Source: Ptychomitrium polyphyllum (taxonomy: Eukaryota). Taken from it: 64,000 nucleotides of DNA. A model generated the notes under the pieces. It was not told the origin of the DNA and did not search any database. It saw only the letters and a list, made by a program, of their open reading frames with translations. The stretch is taken from the NCBI GenBank assembly GCA_973851085.1, contig OZ316775.1:21266001-21330000 (forward strand), given 5' to 3'. Each line of letters opens with the position of its first letter. Within the stretch, counting starts at the first letter, position 1. Positions 26,015 through 40,262 of the stretch are shown one piece after another. A program made the translations under genes and the position numbers.

Positions 26015-27436
26015 GATTGAATGTACATAACGGTCGTTACGAGAATCCCAACACACGAACACCGAACCTCAGAGAACTCAGCCAACCCACTACCACGCGC
26101 TTGAACTCTTCGATTCTCCTCAAAAGAAACCGCTAACCTCCTCTCGAAATCAAAACCATGCACTTAAAAAATAGGAAACTCAATTGTCCCCACACAAAGC
26201 TCTCCTCCATAACTACCAGTGCTAGAACCCATTCTCCCAGCTGCTCCAGACAGAATCCGCGCAACCTAGAAAAGAAACTCCACAACTTCAAAATCTAGAA
26301 AATACCGCTATTGACGCAAAAGGAAGGAAATTTAGCCTTGACTCCCGCAAACCCAATCGTTATTATTGTGCGCAACGAACGCAGGTGGAAACGCTCCAGC
26401 AACAGACCTGGTCCGCATCGCAAAAGTGCGCATCTCTGATCAGCTGGTTTCCGGCGTCGACGATCCTCGATACATTGCTGTAAATGGGGAACTCGGGGTC
26501 GCAGAGACTGGAATCACTAGGGCGGTGAGGGGGACTTGGTAACTCGTGAGTGTGAAGTGCGTCGCGACGATCCTCTCGCAGTGGCGGAGCGCGACGCGCG
26601 CGACAGCGCAACACCTCCGCCCTGGCAGCGCCGCAGCGGCCGGGCCGGAAGACCCACCCTCATAACCGACACTGCTTCCCAAAACCGCCACTATCTACCT
26701 TGGGCAACATTTCACGGACTGAATCTCACACTGAGTCTAGGGGCGCCTACCCAAGACCCTCAGTGCAACCAAACTTAACTCCATCTACTCTGTCGCAGAC
26801 CGCTCATCCTAATATCTACAAAACTAAAAATTATCGTCTTGATGCAGCTAAAGTGACAGGCCGTTCCTGTACACAGATTCAAATTTATCTACGAAAATGT
26901 GATATTTCTTGAAGCAGAGTCTACTTCAACGGTAGACTTGGGATTCCAGCTGCAGTGACGCCTTTTAGTATGCATCCCTAAACTTGGTTCAGAATAGGGC
27001 CTCTGTCATGTACCAAAGAGCTAGACGGTGGCTGTTTTTGGAGGGGGTGACGGTATTGGGGTTTGCGGAGCAGGTGGTGCTGCAGGTGGGAGAGATGGAT
27101 GTTTCTGTTCATCATGCAGGAAGGGTTTTCTGTTCATCTCTGCGTCGTTCGTGAGCAGCACATGGCCCTCTTGACTGGGGGCGCATGAGGGATCGTGACC
27201 CTTCGCATGCCGCGTTGAAGTTGCGGAAGCCAAGGACGTCACGGCCACTTCGCAGGCAGGAGTGCATGGAGAAAGTGCTGGCGGGGAAAGATTCTGTGTT
27301 TGTCGCGCAGTCCCCAGCGATGAAAGCCTCTGCCTTCCGTGCTTGACAGCAGCATGGTGAAAGTGAGAGTAGGGGCAAAAACATTAGGGGTCGTTACGGC
27401 AGAGCTCGTTTAGTTGTACAAATAGAGTTCATCTAT

Positions 27437-27933
27437 TGTTGGATAATTATTTAACAAACGAAATATCAAAATATTTAATAGATGATATTGGATATTAGGA
27501 ATAGTATATGTCTACTATTTTAGAAAGGTTGCATGACTTTTAAGATAGGAAAAGATTGAAAGATTGTATGTCTCTTGTTTTATGAAGATTTCATGACTTT
27601 TTAAAGAAAAAAGTAGAAATATTATTAGAAAGTTTAAAATTTTATTCAAAAAAATCTAAATTAAAAGTCTTTATAGATGTATATAAAAGAGGTTCAAGAT
27701 AGTAGTTATCTTACTCTCTCACTTGTGTAAGTATTTATGTGATACAGGAAGAGATAACTCAGTTGGAAAGAAAGCATTTTTTTACATTTCTTTGAGGTTC
27801 TTTATCTCCTATGTTGTTGAATTTATGTTGTGTTATTTGATATGGTTAATTGCATATAAATGAATTTTATGCTTGAATGTATTATTGTATATATTATAAG
27901 CTTTAGATAGCTTCTATTTATTATATTTCAATA
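27437..27933. mobile_element. Possible decayed solo LTR or other TE remnant
   Basis: Sharp GC-to-AT transition, starts TGTTGG, has an internal short duplication (catgactttt twice), a TATAAAAG box followed by a CT/GT-rich tract, and ends ...tttcaata. No clean target-site duplication. Confidence 0.25.
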
Positions 27934-28918
27934 GAAACTTCTTCTAAAGGGCACTTAGAACCACAATTCCCGATCTTTAGGCCACAATTTAAGTTCATGA
28001 AACACTATTCTTTAAGGTAAGTTTAAAGTATCATGGTAGCTTTTTAATCAATGTAGCTATCTTTATAGAGCCCCTTGCTTAGATTTTGTAATGAAGAGGA
28101 TTCCAAGACAAGTTTTTAACTTTGGAATAAATACTCCAATTCTTTGTCATGTGGTAATTTTACTTTTCAAGGGTCTTGTTTGAAATTGAATAATTTTTAA
28201 ACTTCTTTAATATTGCCCATTTGAAAAATGTAGAAAGTATTATAATGTTGACTTTTAAAGTAATTGTCAATAAGGCATTTATACCTTAAACGTTGCGTTA
28301 TCAAAATGTTACTATAAATACCAATATGAAATATTATAAATTTATTTTAAAATGAGATTGTATTATGGATACACTATCAATATATCAAATATACTAAAAA
28401 TCACTTATTCTAAGTTGTTAACATTACAAATATCAACATGTTGACAATTTATACACAATTTGTTTACAGTTTGTTTCTATTATAAAAACATATTTCTACT
28501 ATACTAACTTGTATTAGCCCATTTTTTACTTTTTTCCATGATAATAATATGATCCTATGGTTGTACCAACCTCCATGTTATAATAAAAAGGCCATTTGAA
28601 AATGACGTGGTGTTATAATTATATCATGGAAGGAGTTTTTAAGTGCAAAAGTTTGTTCATATTAAAACGTAGAAGAACATCAAAATACAAGAATGCATTG
28701 AAATCTATTTTAATTGCCAATAAAGCTTATTCAAAATCATAAGATTATAATAAAAGTAATCGTGCTTGGCTGTATAGAATATTCATAATGGATGTACTCA
28801 CCTTATTGGCTCCATAAGTATACAAAGGAAATCACCATGTCTCTACTTCACAATATTTAAAAGACTTATAAAAATAATGAAACTAACATAGTAAAAGTAA
28901 CAATATCGAGAATTCTTT

Positions 28919-29018
28919 NNNNNNNNNNNNNNNNNNNNNNNNNNNNNNNNNNNNNNNNNNNNNNNNNNNNNNNNNNNNNNNNNNNNNNNNNNNNNNNNNN
29001 NNNNNNNNNNNNNNNNNN
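28919..29018. other. Assembly gap (100 N)
   Basis: Run of N in the sequence. Confidence 1.
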
Positions 29019-29630
29019 CATGGTAAGTAGCTTGTGCAAAAACAAATGATTAGTCTCTAAATGTCAAGTCATTAGATTTTTAAAGTATTTATTGAATCTA
29101 GTGAATCTTATAAGAGTCTAATGATGCTCATTATTCACAAGAGTACAATTTTATACTTCAATTTTTGGAACACAACACTAGAATTCTCTTTTCAAAGTTC
29201 AAGGTTATTTTCCTAATGTTATGGATGTTTAAAGCACTTTATTTTGTGCATGTATATGTTTTAAACTAGTACCATTTGTACATTTCTCATATTCGTAATA
29301 TAGGAGTCTTTTTTAGTATTGATTTTGTTCTAATTGAAGAAATGCCAAAATTATAAGAAAACAATCAAACATTTGGAAGAGATCTTAAAGTTTTAAAGCT
29401 TCTTTTTGAATATTTTGAAATTCTAGATGTATCATGAACTTTGAAATTTGGAGAATGCTTTGTTTGATTTAGGACTTACATAGATTGTTAATTTAATGGC
29501 ATTTAATGAAGTACAATATGATTTATGTTAATTAGATTTTTTTTTGCAGTATGTTTACTTTGGCGTTTGATTTAATCTCATTCATAATATAATTATAATT
29601 CTATATTTACATTTGAATGTTTTTAGATCA
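29019..29630 (-). repeat. Dispersed AT-rich repeat, copy 1 (inverted)
   Basis: 29019-29175 is the reverse complement of 30680-30836. 29176-29630 is a diverged reverse complement of about 44050-44500 (e.g. gatacatctag, aagatctct, ttcattaaatgc). Confidence 0.9.
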
Positions 29631-30660
29631 TGTAGTTGGACTTTGAAAAATAAAACTTTCAATACAATTATTCAAAAATAAGTCAAAATTGATTTCTTTT
29701 GTCAAAAAAGAAGGCTACCAATATTATATTCATTAGTTTTTAAATATTAATAGAATATATAAAATAATTTGTATATCTACATATAAATAATAAAAGACTA
29801 ATTAAAATTCTAAAAAGTTGCAAGAATTCTACAATTTAAAATTGGCAAATCCACATTTGGACACGACCAAGATACAAATTAAAAGTCTTAATCTTTACAT
29901 TTCATTTGTCTATTTGATTAGCTTGGTGCTTGGTACTTGATATTAGTCTAAATTCTTGTTTGGTGTAAGTTTTCTAATTACAGAGTTTATGACAGGTTTC
30001 ATTTCTAAGGTAATATTTGTGCATAGTAGTTTTGATTGAATACATTATAGTTTTGAAATTAACACCATTGAAAATACTTGTGTTCCTAAGACTTTTGAAA
30101 ATATATAAGAGCTTCCAACTATAAAACTACACCATTTGTTTTTTTGTGATAAAAATCATAATAATGAGAATTCACCACTTATTTGATTTCATTCATTTAA
30201 TGGGCCAAATATTGATGTCGAATGTTATTTAAGAACAAACAGTCCACAACATATAGATTTGTATGCTACATTTCTTTATGATATTTCTAATAATCTTGCC
30301 TTAACTAACTGAATTATTGGTTGGTCCAAATAGAAAAATAATAAAAATAATAAATCATAAGAAATTAAACACATGGATGCATATAATCTCAAATCATATA
30401 GTCAAAATCAACTATAAAGATGTTTTGTATATATGATACTAAATCAGTGAATTGATTGTCAAAATTGTGCACCTGTGAATTGTTAATAAAAAGTAAAGCA
30501 CATACATAAAGTTTTGCCCGGAAATCATAAAAGAATAAATATAAGCATAAATTAAGTCAAATAACTACTTCTACTCAAGCCACAGCACATCCACTATACT
30601 ATTTGGATACAATAACATCAGAATTCCAATTGCTTAAAAAAAAGTAAATACAATTAATTG

Positions 30661-31342
30661 TTCAGAAGAGTTTTAAGACTTGTGTTCCAAAAATTGAAGT
30701 ATAAAATTGTACTCTTGTGAATAATGAGCATCATTAGACTCTTATAAGATTCACTAGATTCAATAAATACTTTAAAAATCTAATGACTTGACATTTAGAG
30801 ACTAATCATTTGTTTTTGCACAAGCTACTTACCATGGAATCAGAAAAGCTCTTTTTATTACTTCTTTTTTCTAATGTAGAATTACCTTTGATACGCACTA
30901 TAGCTTTTCACCAAAAATTGAAATCCACTACTACTAACAAATGATTGTATTGTAGACTTACAAATAATTATACAATAGGAACAATTTCTATGATAAAACC
31001 ACTTGAATGCAAAATGAAGAATTTAACATCATCATCAAATAGGAATTTCACTAAATCTAAAGTTCTCAACAAATTTTTAAATACCAAACTCATGGAAGGA
31101 TAGCCCATTCTTATAGAGTTATAGTTGACATAGTATTTGTGAAAAAACCAATTATTATGTGACAATTCTTTGAAGACCCACCTAATTTTGTTCAAAATAT
31201 TAGACTAAAGTAGTTGATGAAAACTTTTAGAATACACACATAGAATTTGTAGCATTTCAATACCCATGAATTCAAGCTTTTGATACTCAACCAATTATAT
31301 GGACATTAATAATGTGACAATTTTACTTATAGCATTTTCATG
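30661..31342 (+). repeat. Dispersed AT-rich repeat, copy 2 (possible Helitron-derived relic)
   Basis: Near-identical direct copy of 44481-45172. 31163-31237 translates QFFEDPPNFVQNIRLK*LMKTFRIH, reminiscent of the Helitron Rep N-terminal NIR...FRIHG motif. Confidence 0.9.
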
Positions 31343-32502
31343 TTGCATTTTAACAAATAATATGTTCTATTTGAGCCAACCAAAGACTTGTGAAAAAATC
31401 ATATAACTTATAAAAATCTCAAAAATGATGTTTACAAAAATATCAATAAAATCAATTTAAAAAAGCATTCACTATTAAAAGGTCTAAGAATAAAATACTA
31501 CTTCATCCATTAAAAACAAAGAAAAAATTTCTCATAAAAATGTGACGTTTTTATAATTACATTAAAAAATAGTTGAAAAAATATTAAAAATTAAATTTAT
31601 CATCAAGGATTTTGTTTTCAGTACTTTGTTTAAATTAAAATAATTATTTTATTCAAATTCAAAGACAAAAGTCTTGTAAATTCATTGTATTTTCTTATTT
31701 AATGCAAATATATATGAAGTTAGGATGCCAACATTGCATTTGTAAAAACATCACATTTATTTGTGCTATTGAGCTTTCTGGTTTTAAAAGAATAAATCAT
31801 CATTTATGCTTAGATCAAATTTAAAATTATACATATTAGTTATTCACAATAAATCATGTAGAAACTATTCTATGGGAATTTGACTGAGTATTAAGATTTT
31901 AATTAATAAAAGTTGAACCAATTAGCACTTTAAAAGGGTGTTTTAGGTGATATATTAAATAAGTATCACAAAATAATAAAATTGGCCAAGATATATATAT
32001 ATATATATAAGCAAAATGATATGACCAAAAATAAATCAAAAAACTAAATGATCAGAATTTAGTTGTTGAGCATAAGATAGATCACTTTTGACGTTGCTAT
32101 CAAGAAGCAATGGATTTTCTAATTTCTTTAGGGCAAAGTGTTTTTACAATTACAAAGTTGGTAGTTTTAACCATGGAGGCATTTTTTTATAATGTTTTTG
32201 GTGATGCAAAGCTTCTTGCTTGTAGATTTGTATGCAACCACATGCACAAGGTGAACAATATGGAAAGATATAACTCATTGACTTTCAAGCCACTATTTGA
32301 CAATCATGTAGTGAAAGTCAAATACTACTAGGAATTGTGTCATGAGATTATTTATGTAATTCAAAAGCAAAGCCTAGATGATAAGCATGTAATAGTCCTC
32401 ACAATACATACTAGATTGAATTAGTTGCGTGCTTTGTTAGCGCATTGAAAAGGCAAATTAGAGGAGAGGTGTCAAAGACTCTTTTAAGCATGAAGTTGGA
32501 GG

Positions 32503-32730
32503 AAACTGTCCATTTAGAGAAGGCTATCAGTAGTCGTTGTCAATATAATGAACTAAATTCTTTATACATATTACATAATGAATTGTCCAATTAGAGAAGG
32601 TTATCAATGATTGTTGTGAGTGTAATGAGCTAGACTCTCTACATTTCAAATACTAAATTGTCCAATGAGAGAAGGTTTTTGATGGTTGTTGTGAGTGTAG
32701 TGGACTAGACTTTCTATACATATTGGATAT
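32503..32730 (+). repeat. Three diverged tandem units of 75-77 bp
   Basis: tgtcca...agagaagg...gttgt...act/ctag...ctatacata recurs at 32507, 32584 and 32659. Confidence 0.85.
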
Positions 32731-33337
32731 TAAACCAGCATAAGGAACATTAATTCAAGTTTAATTTCAATCTATTCGTACTTTATTTATAAATTTTTAT
32801 TCATATCTTAATACTTTTATATCATGAAGTTAGACTTTTTGTAAATTATATATAAATGACCAAGAAACTAGATGATCAAATTTCAATCAAAGCTCTTTGA
32901 AATTATAAAATCAATGTAATAAAAACACATTGTCATCGCCAATAACCATATTCTATAAAAAGGGGTGTTCATTTCCAACCTACAATGACCCTACGTAAAA
33001 TTTTACTTTTCGTTCTTTTGAAAGAATTCACAGGCATTACTTTCTAAACCAACACAAACATTAGAACAGCATGGTTTGAGTCCCATGAACTAGGAATGAA
33101 CCAAACAGAGCAGCGCTCGTGGAACTGACGACCGAGCCCGACACTGCGTTGTAGGCTCGCGGCCCTGCCGAGCCTGAGGAGATTAGGGCTGGGAGAGGGC
33201 TGGAGTGGGTGGGGGGCCACATGAATGAGGGGGGGGAGGGGCACCCGGGGTCTCTCTTTCGCTGCGCAGGCTTCTCGCCATCGCTAGCTCTGCGTCGCAA
33301 CCTTCCCAACGCAACTCCACCGAGCCAGGCAAACACC

Positions 33338-35098
<1,761 letters not shown>

Positions 35099-37842
35099 GT
35101 TGTGCTGGGCTGTGTATCGTTTCATCAGCGTGGAACATGGATTTCATACTCACATGAATCGCAGCACGAGAGTAGCGCTTGTTTATGGCAATGAGATGCG
35201 TGCCGTGGTGTGTGGGGATCTCGTATTGTATGCGGAGTCTGGCTGCTTTGATGAATTTCTGAAGTGATGCCTTTGTGGCAGGCGAGTGCAGCTGCGGTTT
35301 TAGTTTTTGTGCAGGGGAGTATCACTATTTTTGTTAATGTATCTTTTTTGTACGTTTGTGAGGAAGTGTATTTTTGCCTGGCTGAGGTTGTTATAGTGGT
35401 TTTGTGGTTGGCTCTTTAGTCGATGTGTTTTTCGGGTTATGTTTTTTGTATACTAGTTAGGGTTCAAGCTTTTGTTTGAATGGAAATTTGCTCTTGCCAG
35501 AGTGTGTGGGAAGGATGTTGTTTTTATTTTGTCACTTTGAAGTGATGTTTTTGTCGATGCCGGTCTCGGAATCGATGAAGATACTCGGTTATGCAGTTTG
35601 TACCTAAATATTTGGCTTTATTTGTCTTAGTTGTTCGTGTGGGGTTCCTTTTGATGGTTTAAGGTAGTTCATGCTGGATATTTTGTATTGCAATTTGTGA
35701 AATTTGCCCTTTACGTTCTGCTGTGTTTTTGCTCTTGCTCCAAGGCCTGAAGTAGGTAGTTAGGAATATGACGTTTTTATTACCCGTTCATTTGAGTTTG
35801 TTTTTGAGTAGTTTGTTTGATTTTTTTATGCAGCGAGTCTGTTGTTATACGCCTTGGTTTTCCCTTTTTCGTAGTACTTTTTAGTTCAGTATTTTTATAT
35901 TTTGTGCTTTGTTGAGTTGGGAATCGTTTTCAAGATAATTAAAACTTTCTGGAATATTTCAAATCATAATTTAGTTTGAACTTCTTGTTCGGTTTTGAGT
36001 TGTCGTATGTATATTCCGAACACCTGCTTTCTAGGGTTGGAATTTTTCAACAGGGGTACTTTTTACTTTTTTCTAAATTTCGGGTGAAATGCTCGTTTTG
36101 TAACGTTTTAACTAATTCAAGTACTATTATATTATGTATTGTGTAGATTGTATATTCTCGTCATCTAGATTAGTCCAAGTTTGGAAATTTCATGGAACTC
36201 GTAGAAGGCTTTTAAGAATATGGATTGTTTTCGTATATTTTCCTTAATCACAGCCAAAGGAAGGTGGAGGTCTATTTTTGGTTCTTTAGGGTTACATATT
36301 GTATCGAGTAATTGTGTGCAAGTCCCTTGTCCTCGGAAATAACTGTTCGGATATAGTTTTGGAACATATATTCAAAAAAGAAGTCTTTGAAATGTTTGAC
36401 TCTGTTGAATATGTCTATTGCTAAATATTGGCTTGTTAATTTAGTCGTTTTGTCATTGTGATTAATGGAATCGTCGTTTAGGGTGCTATGTACCATACAA
36501 GTAATACTCTTAAAACTGAATTGGCGCTGAAGTCGCACGTGTTGCTACTGTGGAGTCATGCTTTTTTCTATTACATGTTTTTAGGCTCGGGGTTATATAA
36601 CAGGTCTCTATTTGAAATGGAACATATTAGGAAACGAACAAATTTTACAACATAAGCAATGTCTTAAAGCTTGAATTTAAGGTTTTTTTGGAGTTCAACT
36701 GAAATTGGGTCAGAAATCTGTTTGCTGGCAAGAAAGTGCCCATTACCAGGAAGCTACATGTCCAATGTGAGTATAGGCATTGCGTGGTAGTAGAGATTGG
36801 CCTTGAATTTGTGTCAGGCATGAAATCGAAACTATTTGTTACTATTTACTGTGTGGTGTGCCAAATGTTGTCAAGTCGTACCTCCTAGCACGTGTCTTTG
36901 TTGGTAGCATTCCATCTTACCTGTTCTACACTTCTTAAACACATTGCAATCTAATATCCAATTTTGTTCCCTCATTTGAGATCCTAGTTTTAAAACCATA
37001 TCTTCATGCCTATTGTTCCTTTTTTGAAGATGACCTATTAAAGTATAAAGTTGCATGCAATTCAAACATATTATTCAATAACTCTTGTTATGAAATATGG
37101 TGAGTCAAAATTCATTTGTAAAATCTAAGCATTACATTTTTACAATACTTTTTTTCATCAAATGATATAATCTCAACATCTGGCCATTGAATTTTGATGA
37201 AGTTGTGTGTGGAGGGGCACAACCAAGATTCCATCGAGATATAGAATGATTCATTGTGTTTATGTGGATTTTGAGGGGGTTTGAGAAAGCCAGAGGTAGA
37301 ATTGAATGATTGTGTTGTAACATTTAAAATTCAAAGTTATAAAGGAGAAACCAGCTCCTAGATTGTTTGCCGTTAGGAAAACAAATATGATGATTGCGAA
37401 AGCCATTTAAAAATCATAGAGATACCTTTGTATCCCACTCCAAATACACTCCAATGAACTCATCCATTCAAGCCAATGGTCAATGAAATCTCTTCATCTA
37501 CATAGTCTCTAATTATAGTCTTTTTCCTCTCAGTGCTAAGTGTTGGCAGAGTAGTCAGATTTGTATCCAACTACTGTGGTCTCAATTGCAGGCACTTTCG
37601 TGTCCAAACAACAAGTCTTTTACCAACTCCTATCAAAAAGCCAACAGGAAACCCATGATAAGAGAGAAAACAACTTGGATAATCACTATGAATTATAATC
37701 ATCTTATCTACACCCAGGACATGGACTCCCAAATGAAATATCCGAATCAAGGAGAGGATGAATATGCAGATTGCCATCAAGGATTTAAGCCTATGCTACC
37801 GGATTCTTCCGAGCTTGGAAGTTGCTTGGCTTGGAAAATGGC

Positions 37843-39701
37843 TTATTCTTTCTTGGAGGTCTGCCTCTCTTTGGCTTGCCCCTTGCGGCGGATGTTCAGG
37901 TGCATACTGAGAAGAATGGAGTCCATGATGGGCTCTGGAATGAGCCGGATTATGAACCACATGACTGACTGCACCCAGTACGGGTTAATGATCGGCTCAT
38001 GCCCCACCCAATTCAGAGCACACTTGGCGTACTGATCTGCAGAGGGGGTTGTGAAGGAAGCTCGGATTTTGGACATTTTCGTCGCCACGTACAGAGGGAC
38101 CTGCACAACACAGCTCTCAGAAATAAATGAATAAAGGAGAATAAGATCCAGCAAATTACACTTTCATCTTTCATTCAAATGAGAAGGCTTAGGGCTGTCA
38201 ATAAATTATGTCTCCAGAGCTGAAGATAACCAGAAAAGAAATATAAGATCCACGTCTGCAGCCTGCCTTGGATTGCTTAGCAATGATCTCTCAATTTCTC
38301 TGGAAACCTTAACTGAAACCTAAATCTTGCAGTAGTGACCGGTTGGCTTCAGAAAAGGAGGAGTAACAGCACGAACCTGGCACTGAACATCAATGCCACT
38401 GTGCCTGTACTCCACGTAGAGAGACCTTGATAATTGCTCCACATATCTAAACGGACAGAGTGAAACATGGACCATACCCACCCCAAAGTGTCAGAGTGAA
38501 ACACCCAGATACTCTTAGTACTACCCATGAATTGCACAACTCGAGAAACAACAAAGCAGCAGGATCAAGGAATGGTTTCCGAAGAATGGAGTACTCACGC
38601 CTTGGTAGCAGCATAGACTGCGTAGAGAGGATAGGAAGGCAAGATTCCGACAGCCCCAGAACCCACATTAATAATCGCTCCTCTCTTGCGCTTCAACATG
38701 GACGGCAGGAACAGATGAATCATTTTGGTGGTGGTTTCGCAGTTCAAACGCAGCAAGCTCTTCTCCAAATCTGCATCCACTTCGTGCAGGAAACGTGCAT
38801 ACGGGTACGACATGCCCACGTTGTTCACCAATATGCCTACTTCTATATCGCTTGTTGCGTCCGAAATCTTAGCAAGTCCCCCCTCCAGGACATTATCCAT
38901 GAAATCCACGATCACAGACCGCACCTGCCACGCCAATGTGGGTGGAATTAATATCAGATATATTAACCAGTCACATGTACACAATTCTAATATTCACTAA
39001 TCAGCTTCAACTTCCAATCTGATTTCATCTTCAATACTCTTGCTGACACTAATTCTACCACCAACCGCGAATGTACCTCCGGGAGATTAGCAAGACCAGT
39101 AAGAGAAACACTTTCATTACCACATCAGCTTTCGAATCAACAGACGAGAAGATATGGATACGCACACCATTGAGTAGAAAATTGAAGAAGTTTGGAGTTT
39201 TACCTGAACACTGTACTTGCTTGTGAGCTCTGTGGTCAACTCCTCCAGCTTCGCAACTGATCGGCCCACGATGACGACTTTGGTTTTCTTTCGTGCCAAT
39301 TGGACGGCCATTGCACGTCCAATACCATCAGTGGATCCCGTAACCAGCGCCCATTCCCCATATCTGCATTTGCCGGTTCATGCGGTTAAATACCAAAAAT
39401 ACCCGAGGCCATTGCAGCTTCCTGAACAACACACTAGACACAGCCAGCTCCATGCATTAACTCGGCCCTTTCCCAAAATTGGACCATCTCACAAGCTGAG
39501 AAGATCTCGTATGAGGTTGGAGGTATGCATTAAAAGACAGACCTTTTGAGGTCTTTGGCAGGTCGGAGGAAGTAGCTGTAAAACCACCAAATACACGAGA
39601 TCCAAGACGTAAAGAAATCCTATCGCTGCCAGCACCAGCAACACCATGTCCTGCGCTGCCGACTCCTCCAATGCCCCCTTCCCTCCACCCAACCCCATCA
39701 T
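37843..39701 (-). pseudogene. KCR: Very-long-chain 3-oxoacyl-CoA reductase (KCR, SDR family) with an apparent frameshift in exon 1; pseudogene or sequence error
   Basis: Exons 39701-39543, 39363-39204, 38924-38599, 38446-38377 and 38100-37843. Motifs FLRPAKDLKR|YGEWALVTGSTDGIG, LVNNVGMSYPYARF, YAVYAATKA (YxxxK), DVQCQVPLYVATKM, and a C-terminal KKE. The ATG/TM frame and the FLRPAK frame of exon 1 differ by 1 nt. Confidence 0.8.
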
Positions 39702-39912
39702 CGCAGCCCGTTCACACCTGGCACCGCGAGCCACAACCCTAGATTCATCAACCACACAACATAGCCCTGACCCTAACATCCTGTACCCACTCACTAGCCA
39801 GCTGCGAGCCAGTCTCGGGTACACATTGCATTCTCATTCAAGGACTCTCCATCGCCTCAACCTGCCAGCTAGACAAACCCACACGGAAACAACACAGTCC
39901 AAGAGGCGGATC

Positions 39913-40262
39913 TACGTATGCAACAGCAGGGAAGCTGGAAGAGAGGAGGACAAAGGCACAGGGGAGCAATCTGCAATCAATCAATAACGAAGACGCCGCC
40001 TTTGTAATGCGATGTGCAAGATTCAACATCGTTAAAGGTACAGAGGTCCAGAATGAGAGGAGCAAACTTAGCACAGCCCTCTGTAGTCAAATTCAGTTAT
40101 CGCAGTACATCAAACGTACATGCAACAGCATGGGATGTTGGAAGAGAAAAGAGAAGCAAGCAAGCTGCAATTCGTGACAAAAGGTGGCACCTTTGGAATG
40201 CGATGTGCAAGGTTCAGCACTGTAAAAGGTACCGAGGTTGAGAATGGGAAACTTGACAGTGA
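39913..40262. repeat. Diverged tandem duplication (~190-200 bp period) upstream of KCR
   Basis: atgcaacagca...ggaagag...gcaa.ctgcaat...cctttg.aatgcgatgtgcaag.ttca.ca...aaaggtac.gaggt..agaatg occurs at about 39914-40060 and 40114-40251. Confidence 0.85.

Noticed and set aside
32503..32730. CRISPR-like periodicity
   Set aside because: Whole units are similar with no unique spacers, the context is eukaryotic, and no cas genes are present.
36272..37780. Short ORFs between RPL7A and KCR
   Set aside because: No recognisable motifs or consistent splice structure; likely UTR or decayed repeat sequence.
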